Shown here: in pieces, positions 8,711-18,187 of the stretch
Numbering within the stretch: the first letter of the stretch is position 1
Layout of the letters: every line of letters starts with the position of its first letter
Source: a virus
Taxonomy: Duplodnaviria; Caudoviricetes
IMG/VR virus record: IMGVR_UViG_3300027835_000021
Span: 1 to 27,357 of that record
Length of the DNA stretch: 27,357 nt
Strand: one strand, 5' to 3'
The notes under the pieces: model-generated
What the model was told of the DNA's origin: nothing
Database searches by the model: none
What the model saw: the letters and a program-made list of their open reading frames with translations, nothing else
Position numbers and translations under genes: made by a program

Positions 8711-10426
8711 ATGGATCCGATTCGCATTCCCATCATAGGCATCGACCAGTTCTCCCGCATCTTTGGGCATGCCCAAAAGGGCATACACAATATCGGGGAG
8801 AAGGTCGAAAAGTTCCATCACAGCTTCGAAAAAGCCGGTGGCCTCTTAACCATTGGCGGTGGCCTTTTAACCGTAGGGACGGGCCTGGAGGAGCTTCCCA
8901 AAATTGCGCTGGAACAGGAACACGGCATCGCCCGCATCGGCGTAGCCTCTGGCTTAAGCGGCAAGGCCCTCCGCGAATTGGACGAGACTATTATGCGCAC
9001 GACAAAGTCGTCCAATCAGTTCGACGACAACGTGGAACACAGTGCGGCCTCGCTGCTTAAAATGCAGTTCACGGCGGAAGAAACGACCCTGATGCTGGAT
9101 GGAATAGGCAAGGCCGCGACCGCCACGGGCGTCCCAATGGAAACCCTCGCGAATACGGCAGGGGTATTCCGGGATCGATTGGGCATTGCCCCGGAGGAGA
9201 TGGGCAAGGCATTTGACGAGATGGCCGAAGCCAGCAAACGGGGCAAGGTGACTCTGGAGGATATGGCTAGTGGGATGACCGGCCTCGCCAGCCACGCGGG
9301 CCTTCTCGGCTTAAAAGGGCCGAAGGCGCTTTCCCAGATTGGGGCGGCGCTTCAAATCACCTCACGCGGGGCGAACTCCTCCAGCGAAGCGGTAGGAACC
9401 TTGCAGGGCGTTTTCGATAACCTGGGAAAAGACAAGATAACGAAAACACTTCAAGCACTTGAGGATATGGGAGCCAAGGGCGCAGCCGGTTCTCTGCAAC
9501 GCTATTTCAAAATTATCCGGACAAGCAAAGATCCAATGCTGGATCTGATCCAGTTGATGGACAGGCTGACTGGCGGGGATGCGAAAAAACTCGGCACCTT
9601 TTTCAAGGGCAAAGAATCCGTAATCGCCGTGCAGGACCTCATTAAGAACGTGCGCGAATACGGGGAGCTGCGCGGGCAGATTGCTTCATCTGATGGCGTG
9701 GTCAACCGGGATTTCAACACGATGATGGAGACGACGACGGAAAGGTGGAAGCAGTTCAAAATCCAGCTTATCACGACCGCGCTCCCGAACCTCGAAGGCG
9801 GGCTTGGCCGTATCAATGGCCTCCTCGGGTACATGAACACGCACACCACCGCCATAAAGGCCACGGTTTTTACCATCGGGTCTTTTCTCGGCGGGGGCGT
9901 GCTTCTTGTCAGCCTCGGTACCGTGGCCAGTTCCATTTCCAGTATCCTTACCCTCCTTAAAATCATCGGCCCTTTGCTTCCTGCAATCGGAGTTGGGCTC
10001 TCTGCCATGGGTCTTCCTATTCTGGCCATTGCCGGGGCACTGACCACGGCATACGCAGCGGTAAAGGGGATTCAAACCCTCATGGACGTATGGGAATCCA
10101 AGAACGCGGCCAAAGACCGCCGGGCCAATTTGGAAAAGCAATTGCAAGGTATGGGGAAAACGCCGGACCAAGTGGTGGCGCTGATGGAGAAATACGACAC
10201 CAGCCTAGCAGGGAAGGCCGCCAGGGTGCCCACGCTTTCCGAGGTCCAAGGCAGCCCTGGCGCGCTTTCTGCGGCCCTGTCTGCCGCGAACGGGGGCGGG
10301 GGCGTGGGCGGCAAAGCCACGGCGGAAGTCAACGTGCGGTTCCATGGCGCACCAGCGGGGACACGGGTCGAGACCAAAGGTGGCAAGGGTATGACGCTGG
10401 GCACCGAGCTAGGGCTCGCTTTCTAA
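8711..10426 (+). CDS. Tail tape measure protein
   Basis: 571 aa Ala/Gly-rich helical protein with a TP901-like core (KAATATG; G.VTLEDMA) and a hydrophobic segment; follows the chaperone. Confidence 0.9.
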   Translation: MDPIRIPIIGIDQFSRIFGHAQKGIHNIGEKVEKFHHSFEKAGGLLTIGGGLLTVGTGLEELPKIALEQEHGIARIGVASGLSGKALRELDETIMRTTKSSNQFDDNVEHSAASLLKMQFTAEETTLMLDGIGKAATATGVPMETLANTAGVFRDRLGIAPEEMGKAFDEMAEASKRGKVTLEDMASGMTGLASHAGLLGLKGPKALSQIGAALQITSRGANSSSEAVGTLQGVFDNLGKDKITKTLQALEDMGAKGAAGSLQRYFKIIRTSKDPMLDLIQLMDRLTGGDAKKLGTFFKGKESVIAVQDLIKNVREYGELRGQIASSDGVVNRDFNTMMETTTERWKQFKIQLITTALPNLEGGLGRINGLLGYMNTHTTAIKATVFTIGSFLGGGVLLVSLGTVASSISSILTLLKIIGPLLPAIGVGLSAMGLPILAIAGALTTAYAAVKGIQTLMDVWESKNAAKDRRANLEKQLQGMGKTPDQVVALMEKYDTSLAGKAARVPTLSEVQGSPGALSAALSAANGGGGVGGKATAEVNVRFHGAPAGTRVETKGGKGMTLGTELGLAF

Positions 10427-10437
10427 AGGATAACGGT

Positions 10438-11616
10438 ATGGGCTGGAAAGAACGGTTCAGACAGGGAAGTTTCCGAGGTGCGGCATTCTTTATCGATGCG
10501 GCGGATTCCGATTTTGGTCGCCGCGTGGTGTCGCATGAATTTCCCCAGGTGGAGGCCCCGTTCGTCGAGGACCTGGGGCGCAAGGCGCGTAAGTTCTCGG
10601 TCGAATGTTATGTGCTTGGCAATGAGTATTTAACCGCCCGCGACCTTCTTTTGGCCGCCCTCGAAAGACAAGGTTCCGGCCCCTTGGTGCATCCTCTCTA
10701 CGGACGCATCCTCGTACACGTCGAAGGGGTCAAGGTCCGGGATTCCAGCACGGAAACGCGCATGGCCCGGTTTCAAATTTCCTTCGTGGAATCGGGCGAA
10801 ACCGTTTTACCCCAGGTGTCAAACGATACCGTCGCTGTAGTCAAGGCCGCCGCCCTAAGCACCAAGGGGAGGGTCAAAGCCGCCTTTGCAAAAGTGTATG
10901 ATTTCGCGGGGCTTCCCTACGCGCAAACGCAAAGTGTGCTTGTGGCTCTGCAATCGGCAAGCAATGCGATTCGAGAGGCCCAAGGCGCGGTCAATAAGGT
11001 TTCGGATTTCGCCAAGGATTTGCAAGATATCGGCGGGGCCCTGAATCAAATCGCCCTGGACGCACGCTTATTGGCAGACTCCTTTCAAAACCTCATCGGC
11101 TTCGGATTTCTGGATGACGATCAAAACGGCGACGCCATCCCGGACCTGCGGCAATCGTTCCAAGGGCTGACCGCCCTGTACACCTTCTCCCCCAGCCTAA
11201 AAGCGCCCTCTGAAAGTTCGGATGCCTTCGTGCAATTGATGAAGCTGGCCGCGATCAATACGACCGCCGCGATCACTTCAGAAATCAAATACGATTCCGT
11301 GGAGGAAGCCTATCTGTTCCGCGATCAGGTTTTCACGGCCCTGGATAGGGTGGCCTTAACTGGCCTCGATGATGATGTTTATGCTGCCCTCACGGACTTA
11401 AGGGCCAGCGTGCAAAAGGATATTGACGCACGCGCCGCCACTTTGGCCCGCGTGGTTGAATACTCCTGTGCAGAGGCGCTTCCCGCGCTCGTCATCGCAA
11501 ACCAGCTTTACGGAAACATCAACCAGGAAGCGGATATCCTCGCCCGCAATAAGGTGCGGCACCCCGGATTTGTCAGCGGCCTCGGCATTCCCATCAAGGT
11601 GCTAACGGATGCTTAA
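10438..11616 (+). CDS. DNA circularization protein (Mu gpN-like)
   Basis: W.ERFRQGSFRG..F, GRRVV.HEFP, EDLGRKAR, G.LVHPLYG and C-terminal RN.VRHPGFV motifs; start ATG 10438 with AAAGGA SD. Confidence 0.9.
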   Translation: MGWKERFRQGSFRGAAFFIDAADSDFGRRVVSHEFPQVEAPFVEDLGRKARKFSVECYVLGNEYLTARDLLLAALERQGSGPLVHPLYGRILVHVEGVKVRDSSTETRMARFQISFVESGETVLPQVSNDTVAVVKAAALSTKGRVKAAFAKVYDFAGLPYAQTQSVLVALQSASNAIREAQGAVNKVSDFAKDLQDIGGALNQIALDARLLADSFQNLIGFGFLDDDQNGDAIPDLRQSFQGLTALYTFSPSLKAPSESSDAFVQLMKLAAINTTAAITSEIKYDSVEEAYLFRDQVFTALDRVALTGLDDDVYAALTDLRASVQKDIDARAATLARVVEYSCAEALPALVIANQLYGNINQEADILARNKVRHPGFVSGLGIPIKVLTDA

Positions 11617-12691
11617 GGAGAACGTGGTCACCGTATCGGTTAGGGGAAAACGTTTCACGGGTTGGGAAAGCCTTTCCATTTCGCGAAGCCTCGGAGCGGT
11701 ATGCGGCGCATTCGAAATGACCTTATCGGACCGGCTTACCGGTGAAGATTTTTCCTTGCTCACCCAGGCGGAAGCCGAGGTGCGGATAGACTCCGACCTT
11801 GTTTTGAGCGGCTTCATCGATTCCGTGGAATTCTCCATCGACGGAAAGGCGCACACGGCCACCCTACGTGGGCGCGACCGCACGTGCGACCTTGTCGATT
11901 GCGCCGTGCCGCTTCCCCTTCCCAGCGCCCCCAAAGGGGCCGACGTGTTCTCATTTTTTAGACGCATCGCTTCCCCGTTTATGACGGTAAAACTGATAAC
12001 GGATTTGCTCCCCAACAAATCGACCGAGGTCTTGAAAGCGGGGGAAGGGGAATCGCCCGCCGAGGTCATCATCAGGCTTTGCAAAGATAGGGGCTGGCTT
12101 CCCGTGACCACGGAAAAAGGGGAACTCCTCATCACAGAGTCCGGCAGTACCCGCGCCACTGACGGCCTCGTTTACGGGAAGAACATCCTCTCGGCGAAAG
12201 CCTCCTACGACTATACCAACCGGTTCTCAAAGTACACACTCACGGGTCAGCGCGGCGGCGCGGACGCGGAATTGGCCGAAACGTTCGGCGGGTCGCTCTC
12301 CGTATCCGCCTCGGCGGAAGACGCCGGGGTCAAGCGGTACCGGCCCATGGTCATCCATGCGGATAGCGCGGCCACGCCCGGCACGTTAAAAAAGCGCGCC
12401 CAGGTCGAGGCGCTGTTCAGGGCCGGGAATTCCGAGGGGGTGGAGGTCCTTGTGCAAGGGTGGCGGCAAAGGAGCGGCGCGCTTTGGAAACTCAATTTGG
12501 TGGTATCCTGCAAAATACCTCCAGCCTACGTGGACCAGGACCTATTAATCGGCGAGGTCCATTACCTCCTGAGTGAAAGCGGCACCGTTTGCCGGATGCG
12601 CCTTAAGCGCCCGGATGCCTTTCATTTCTCGAATGCGAAAGCCAAGGTCAAGGTGCAAAAGAAGGTGGGGTTCGATGCCTTTACTGGATGA
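11609..12691 (+). CDS. Baseplate hub protein (Mu gp44/gpP-like)
   Basis: GW.S.SISRSL, GRDRTCDLVDC, G.NILSA, RFSKY, RYRPMVI and V.GWRQ..G.LW..N motifs. Confidence 0.9.
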   Translation: MLKENVVTVSVRGKRFTGWESLSISRSLGAVCGAFEMTLSDRLTGEDFSLLTQAEAEVRIDSDLVLSGFIDSVEFSIDGKAHTATLRGRDRTCDLVDCAVPLPLPSAPKGADVFSFFRRIASPFMTVKLITDLLPNKSTEVLKAGEGESPAEVIIRLCKDRGWLPVTTEKGELLITESGSTRATDGLVYGKNILSAKASYDYTNRFSKYTLTGQRGGADAELAETFGGSLSVSASAEDAGVKRYRPMVIHADSAATPGTLKKRAQVEALFRAGNSEGVEVLVQGWRQRSGALWKLNLVVSCKIPPAYVDQDLLIGEVHYLLSESGTVCRMRLKRPDAFHFSNAKAKVKVQKKVGFDAFTG

Positions 12692-13154
12692 ACTAAACAG
12701 GTGGTTCCGGCCCTGGCGTGTGCGGATCTTGAGTATGATCCGGCGTGGCGTGGTACTATCCACGTCTGATTCCACCGCGATTCAGCTTGTGAAACTGAAC
12801 CTCGGCAACGGGGATATCCAAAGCAAAATCGAACGCATCCAAAATTTTGGGCTGACGAGCGTGCCCAAGCCAAATGCCCAGGCCGTGGTCCTGTTCGTAA
12901 ACGGAAACCGGGATCATCCCATCATCATCGCCTGCGAGGATGGGAACTTCCGCGTTCACTTAGGTGAAGGCGAGGTGGCGGTATATAACGCCTTCGGAGC
13001 GGTGGTGAAGCTCGCAGCCGATGGGACCATCAATATGGGCGACGGCTCGCCCTTACTTGCAGAGGATGGAGTGGTGACCGGCCAATGCCTGGATCCGTTC
13101 ACGGGAGCCCCGCATGCGGATAAATCCTTAATCGTAAAGGCGAAGAAAATCTAA
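12675..13154 (+). CDS. Baseplate spike protein (Mu gp45-like), 159 aa
   Basis: ERIQNFGLTSVP, GNRDHPIII and GEVAVY motifs; start at ATG 12675 overlapping the hub gene. Confidence 0.88.
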   Translation: MPLLDELNRWFRPWRVRILSMIRRGVVLSTSDSTAIQLVKLNLGNGDIQSKIERIQNFGLTSVPKPNAQAVVLFVNGNRDHPIIIACEDGNFRVHLGEGEVAVYNAFGAVVKLAADGTINMGDGSPLLAEDGVVTGQCLDPFTGAPHADKSLIVKAKKI

Positions 13155-13402
13155 TGGCCTTGAGCGCGACCCGACTTGCCACCGCCATCAAGACGGCGCT
13201 TACCGCAGAGGGATTCACCTTCGGCGTGGGAGCCATGAACACCAAGTTTGTGGATGCCTTGGCTTCCGCCATTGTCACGGAGATTGAAACGAACGCCGTC
13301 GTCAGCGGCCCGATCAACGTGGCCAGCGTGTCCGGCATCACCCCTGGTACCGGTGTATCGGGGCCAGGGACGGGGACTCTTGTCAATGGCGTCATCACCT
13401 GA
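13154..13402 (+). CDS. Small spike-adjacent hypothetical protein (82 aa)
   Basis: TAATG overlap with the spike stop; helical N-half and Gly/Thr/Val-rich C-half. Confidence 0.75.
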   Translation: MALSATRLATAIKTALTAEGFTFGVGAMNTKFVDALASAIVTEIETNAVVSGPINVASVSGITPGTGVSGPGTGTLVNGVIT

Positions 13403-13430
13403 TGACACGGGATGAAAGGGAGAGAAAAAC

Positions 13431-13922
13431 ATGGGAAACAGTGCCAGCATGAATGCTTTATTTTCGGGCGATATCCGGTTCCACCTAGAAGGCGGGGAGG
13501 GGGGGATGGGTCTTGTGCAAAACGACCTGGCGCGGGATCCGGGACTCGAAACCGCTGTCCTAATTTCCCTGTTCTCGGATCGCCGTGCGGATTTGGAAGA
13601 TGCCTTGCCGGATAGCTCCAAGGATCTTCGGGGGTGGTGGGGCGACGCAACCCTGGAGGATAAAATCGGGTCACGCCTATGGCTGCTTTCCCGTTCCAAG
13701 ATTGAAGACGCCACGAATACAGACGCGGAAATCTACGCCAAGGAGGCTTTAGCATGGATGGTCGAGGACGGGGTCGCCGATAGCGTGGCGGTAGCCGTAT
13801 CGCGAACGGGCACCTATACGCTTTCTTTAGACGTCGTCATCACACGCCCAAAGGGAGCCCGCGATATCACGTTCAAGTATTTCTTCAATTGGGAATCCCA
13901 AGCCATGAGACAAGGACACTAA
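13431..13922 (+). CDS. Baseplate protein, Mu gp46-like
   Basis: LETAVLISLFSDRRA, RGWWGD, IGSRLWLL.R.K and YAKEALAWMVEDG motifs. Confidence 0.93.
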   Translation: MGNSASMNALFSGDIRFHLEGGEGGMGLVQNDLARDPGLETAVLISLFSDRRADLEDALPDSSKDLRGWWGDATLEDKIGSRLWLLSRSKIEDATNTDAEIYAKEALAWMVEDGVADSVAVAVSRTGTYTLSLDVVITRPKGARDITFKYFFNWESQAMRQGH

Positions 13923-13923
13923 A

Positions 13924-15003
13924 ATGCCTTGGACACGCCCCAGCTTAACCAGCTTGGTAACCCGCGTGGAAGCGGATATCACCTCCCGACTAACCGGTGG
14001 CGCGGCCCTGCTCCGCCGGTCTATTCTCGCCATCCTCGCACGCGTGTTCGCCGGGGCCATCCATATCCTGCACGGGTACCTGGAGTTTATCGCTCAGCAG
14101 TTGTTCATTGACTCGGCGGAATCCGAGTACCTGGACCGGCATGCCTTGACCTGGGGCGTGCCCAGGGCCTCGGCGTCCTTCGCCACGGGGGAGCTTCTTT
14201 TAACCGGCGTGCCCGGCACCCTCATCCCAGCGGGGACGCTCTTCCTTCGCGAAGACGGCGTCGAATTTACGACCAACGCCGTGACGTCCTTAACCGGGGG
14301 CTCGGTCATGGTAGCCGTCACTTGCAGTACCGCCGGGGATACGGGTAATTCAGATACCGGTCTTTCCTTCCAAGTCGAAACGCCGATCTTGGGGCTTAAT
14401 GACTCCGCCACCGTGGCAAGCCCTGGGATTGTGGCGGGTTCGGAACAGGAAACGGATGAGGCCCTGCGCGTGCGCATCTTGGCCCGCATTCAGAATCCCC
14501 CAGCGGGCGGGTCCACTGCAGACTATATCGCCTGGGCGAAATCGATCACCGGGGTCGCGGGCGCGTGGGTATTTGCCAATTACCATGGCCTTGGAACCGT
14601 GGTCGTGGTCGTTACCGCCGCTGATATAAACCCGGTTCCTTCAGCCCCACTCCTTGCCGAAGTGCAAGGGTATATCGATACGGTGCGCCCGGTCACCGCC
14701 GCCGTGACAGTGGAGGCCATAGTGCAAAGACAAGTCGACTTTGACATCTCGATCAAGGCCAATACGTCCGAACTTCGCGGGGCCGTCACCCTTGCACTCA
14801 ATACGCTGTTCCTGAGTGATGCCGCACCCGGTGAGAACTTCTTGATCTCGCATCTGCACGAAGCCATCCTGACTTCCGGCTTGCAAGATTTCACGATCAC
14901 ACAAATCTACGTCGAGGGCGTTCCGGTCGCGCTGGGAAATATCGCGTTTACCGGTTTGGAATATCCCGTGCTCGGCGTCATCACCTTTGCCACCTTGCCC
15001 TGA
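13924..15003 (+). CDS. Baseplate wedge protein J / Mu gp47-like
   Basis: MPW.RPSL..L, YLDRHA..WG, E.DE.LR.R.L.R...PP.GG...DY..WA and RPVTA motifs. Confidence 0.93.
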   Translation: MPWTRPSLTSLVTRVEADITSRLTGGAALLRRSILAILARVFAGAIHILHGYLEFIAQQLFIDSAESEYLDRHALTWGVPRASASFATGELLLTGVPGTLIPAGTLFLREDGVEFTTNAVTSLTGGSVMVAVTCSTAGDTGNSDTGLSFQVETPILGLNDSATVASPGIVAGSEQETDEALRVRILARIQNPPAGGSTADYIAWAKSITGVAGAWVFANYHGLGTVVVVVTAADINPVPSAPLLAEVQGYIDTVRPVTAAVTVEAIVQRQVDFDISIKANTSELRGAVTLALNTLFLSDAAPGENFLISHLHEAILTSGLQDFTITQIYVEGVPVALGNIAFTGLEYPVLGVITFATLP

Positions 15004-15026
15004 AGGATAAAGGAAAGGAAGAAAAC

Positions 15027-16943
15027 ATGGCTCAGTTTCCGGCGAATTGCCCGGTAGGCAAAACATACAAGTACGATAGCGGCGCAAACGGCGTGGACCC
15101 CGCTTTTTGGACCACCGTGAGCCTCAATGCCTGCATCTCGAAAGGAAACTTTTTAGCGGTCCAGAATAATACGGCTCCGGGAACCCGTGCGGGAAATTTG
15201 GTGACCGGCTTTATTTCCTTCGCCACGTTTCAAGCGACCTACAATTGCACGTTCAGCATGCGCGGGGCCGTGGCCGGATCGCTTCAGACGGCCCGGTTAC
15301 GCATTGGCGGAAACACCCTTTATTTCGAATTCACGTGGATGATAACCGGAGGTGTTCTGATACTTAGGAAACGTGTCGTGAACTCCGCGTCCACGGTCCT
15401 AGCGTCGGCGGATGATACCATCGGGTTCTCGCCGCAAACGGGCATCACGCGCACCGGCACTGTGAAATTGATTCAATCGGCGGAAAACTCCGGCATCTTT
15501 GATGCCTATATCGACGGCGTCCTAATCCTTTCCGCGTACCATGCCGCATTTGTGGGACCCTACACCTTAACTTGCGCGCCTTCTTGGAGGGACATCGGCA
15601 ACTACACTGCTGGAAATAACAATACCTACCTGGCCGAAATGCAATTCGGTGGTTTTTACCTCATCGGTTCGGGTCTTCCTTCCACGTGTGGTGGCCCCAC
15701 GCCGGATCCGTTCCCGGCCGTAGTCCGTACCAACTACCCAGGTAATCCATCTGCGTGTGTACTAGGCAAAAAAACGTCCTGGTTCCTGGAAGAGTTCGAG
15801 GGGACAACACTTCCTTTCAATTGGCAATTGATGGTGGGAACGTTTCATGCGGAAGGGGGCTTCATCACCCTCAACGCCGGTGACCCTATAAGCTCCAAGC
15901 TGGAACTCAAATGGACCGGTAAGACCTTGGGCTTCGCACCCTCCGACCACCTTACCCTGGAAACACGGGGCCGCGTGGATACCGTGAACCTGGCTACGAC
16001 GAGCGGGGCCTATGACGCGTTTGGGATCAAGGCGTACTTTCCCGACCTCTTGAACTGGGTCCTCCTCAAGATAGTGCGCGATGCCGCAAACCCGGCGCTC
16101 TACAAGGTGGTGACTTCGGAATCGTTCGGCGCGGACCAGAATTGGACCCTTTTCCCAGCGTTCACGGCCTACCCCTTGGAGGTCACGCTCCGCATCGACG
16201 TGTACGTGGATGAGATCAATTATTACGTGGGTGGCGTACTCGTTTATACGGCCCCCGTTCCGGTTTATTTGCAGCCGGTAACTTATGTGGAACCTCGGCT
16301 GTTTTGTAATCTGGATTCCGTGCATCGGGGGTACCTGTATTATTTCTATGTCGCGGGTTCCCCAGGCTTCCCGGATTTATGTCTCGGAAGCCCCTCTTCG
16401 CGCACGGCTTCTTACCGCAAAATGATGGTGAACCTTTTACCCCAGGGGTTCCCCTGGCGGAACCTCAATACCATTTTCAAGCTGTTCCTGGAATCGTTCG
16501 CGGTTGAATTGGACCGGCTGCATGGGCGCTCGGAGGACCTGGTTTTGCAATCGAGTCCGGGCACTTCGACTTCGGCGGACCTTTTGAAAGAATGGGAACA
16601 GATGGCGTTGCTTCCGGATGAACTCCCCCTTGGCGGCGAAACGGACAGCCAGCGGCAACAGGTCGCCTCGGCCAAGGTGACGACGCATTATTCCGGGCCT
16701 TCGAAAACGTTCTGGGAAACGCTGGCAGGAAGGTTGGGTATGTCCATCACGATTACGGAAGGCGGTACACGGGCACCCGCCCGCGTGGGGATAGCCCGAG
16801 TGGGACTAAGCCGAACGAACGACCCAGGGAACATCTTTATCTGGAACATTCAAGTTACCGCCGATCCAAATTCACAGCTTGCCAAGTTCAAAATATGTGT
16901 GCGGCGTCTTAAGCCTGCGCATACCGAAGTCACCTTTACTTAA
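15027..16943 (+). CDS. Mu gp48/DUF2313-like baseplate protein with a ~460 aa N-terminal extension of two lectin-like domains
   Basis: C-terminal ~176 aa match gp48 (Y..MM.NLLPQG.PW, ELDRL, LL.EWE....LPD, C...LKPAHT.V.F); single uninterrupted ORF after gp47. Confidence 0.85.
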   Translation: MAQFPANCPVGKTYKYDSGANGVDPAFWTTVSLNACISKGNFLAVQNNTAPGTRAGNLVTGFISFATFQATYNCTFSMRGAVAGSLQTARLRIGGNTLYFEFTWMITGGVLILRKRVVNSASTVLASADDTIGFSPQTGITRTGTVKLIQSAENSGIFDAYIDGVLILSAYHAAFVGPYTLTCAPSWRDIGNYTAGNNNTYLAEMQFGGFYLIGSGLPSTCGGPTPDPFPAVVRTNYPGNPSACVLGKKTSWFLEEFEGTTLPFNWQLMVGTFHAEGGFITLNAGDPISSKLELKWTGKTLGFAPSDHLTLETRGRVDTVNLATTSGAYDAFGIKAYFPDLLNWVLLKIVRDAANPALYKVVTSESFGADQNWTLFPAFTAYPLEVTLRIDVYVDEINYYVGGVLVYTAPVPVYLQPVTYVEPRLFCNLDSVHRGYLYYFYVAGSPGFPDLCLGSPSSRTASYRKMMVNLLPQGFPWRNLNTIFKLFLESFAVELDRLHGRSEDLVLQSSPGTSTSADLLKEWEQMALLPDELPLGGETDSQRQQVASAKVTTHYSGPSKTFWETLAGRLGMSITITEGGTRAPARVGIARVGLSRTNDPGNIFIWNIQVTADPNSQLAKFKICVRRLKPAHTEVTFT

Positions 16944-16977
16944 ACCCCTTAAACCTAAAACCCGAAGGAGGATAAAA

Positions 16978-17877
16978 ATGCATCGTACCGAAGGCCCCGA
17001 TTTCGTGACCGTGGGCGGCAACCGCCGATTCGGTGAAGTGTTACCGGCCACGGTCATTGATAAAGATATCATGAACGCCGTACAGGAAGAGTTGGCCTTG
17101 GCTGTGGAAAATTCCGGGCAAACCTTGCGCACGACCGGGGCGCTGGATGAGTCGGGGGCATGGGGGCAGTTAACCGAGGCGATAAAACGCTTGCCTTTGG
17201 TGCAACCCGAAGACGTTACGGTTACCCTCGTAACCGGCGTTATTACAAGTTTGGCCCCCACCCTCGCTCAAAATTTTCTTCGCATCGAAAGGGCCGGGGG
17301 CATCGCTTCCCCAGGGTTTAACGTGGTATTTCCGAATGATGTCGCGTATAACGGACGCATCATCACGATTAGAAACAGCGCAAGCGGCATTATTCAGATC
17401 AAGGATCGGCGCGGATGCCTTTCCATGATGGCTCACCACGCGGTCGAGCAATTTTATTGTTTCCTCGATGATGATGCCGCTAATTATAACTGGGCTCCCA
17501 TGTCCGGGGTTTATTCGGGAACCTATGATACCACGGTGGATTATACCGATCCGGTAAGCAGCACCAATGTTACCGTGTTCTATCAAAAGCGCGGGTGCAA
17601 GATCGATCTTTATTTGCCCTTCATCGGCCTTTCCATCGATGGCGGTCCTACGAACGTTGTAACCATAGCATTACCTCCGTTCCTGCACGGGCAAAACAAT
17701 TCCCGCCCTAAAATCATCCTATCGGATGGAACCTCGACCCCGGTATGGACGAGCGGCTCGTTCCCATCGGGCGGGCCTTCTGGCGGTGATCTTCTTATCG
17801 GCGGCATCGTTTCGACTGCGCATGAATTGGAGGCGCAATGGGTTTCCTATTTGGCCGACAACGAGCTGGTGGCTTAA
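16978..17877 (+). CDS. Tail fibre protein (short, 299 aa)
   Basis: Mu/P2-type fibre N-terminus (MHR...ATVI..D.MNAVQEEL...VE.SG..L...QL..AI); AAGGAGG SD before ATG 16978; beta-rich C-terminus. Confidence 0.82.
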   Translation: MHRTEGPDFVTVGGNRRFGEVLPATVIDKDIMNAVQEELALAVENSGQTLRTTGALDESGAWGQLTEAIKRLPLVQPEDVTVTLVTGVITSLAPTLAQNFLRIERAGGIASPGFNVVFPNDVAYNGRIITIRNSASGIIQIKDRRGCLSMMAHHAVEQFYCFLDDDAANYNWAPMSGVYSGTYDTTVDYTDPVSSTNVTVFYQKRGCKIDLYLPFIGLSIDGGPTNVVTIALPPFLHGQNNSRPKIILSDGTSTPVWTSGSFPSGGPSGGDLLIGGIVSTAHELEAQWVSYLADNELVA

Positions 17878-17902
17878 ACTTTTGCAACAGGAGGTAAAGC
17901 AC

Positions 17903-18178
17903 ATGCTGGAACCTTACGTTAGCCGTGATGAGTTTAAAGACCTTAAATCTTATGCGGAGCGAACGCACCATGATAAAAATAATCTGGCCTTGAAAGTGGA
18001 GGGACAAAAAGTGGAAATAGCCAATCAAAAAGAAAGTCAGGCGGAAGCGTGGGACGCGATTGATGGTTTACGAAAAACCGTTACGGACATTCGATCCACG
18101 GTCGCCGGTATCGTGGCCGTGTCCGCGATCATCCAAACCGTACTCGTCAGTTTCATCGTGTATAAGGTCACACACTAA
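17903..18178 (+). CDS. Putative holin-like membrane protein (coiled coil plus one C-terminal TM, XhlA-like architecture), 91 aa
   Basis: AGGAGGT SD before ATG 17903; TM segment VAGIVAVSAIIQTVLVSFIVY; immediately upstream of the endolysin. Confidence 0.6.
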   Translation: MLEPYVSRDEFKDLKSYAERTHHDKNNLALKVEGQKVEIANQKESQAEAWDAIDGLRKTVTDIRSTVAGIVAVSAIIQTVLVSFIVYKVTH

Positions 18179-18187
18179 GGAGGCGTA

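Noticed and set aside
10090-10437. 116-codon open-frame extension of gpN overlapping the tape measure 3' end (possible -1 fusion)
   Set aside because: I found no correctly phased slippery heptamer; ATG 10438 has its own SD and matches the family N-terminus.
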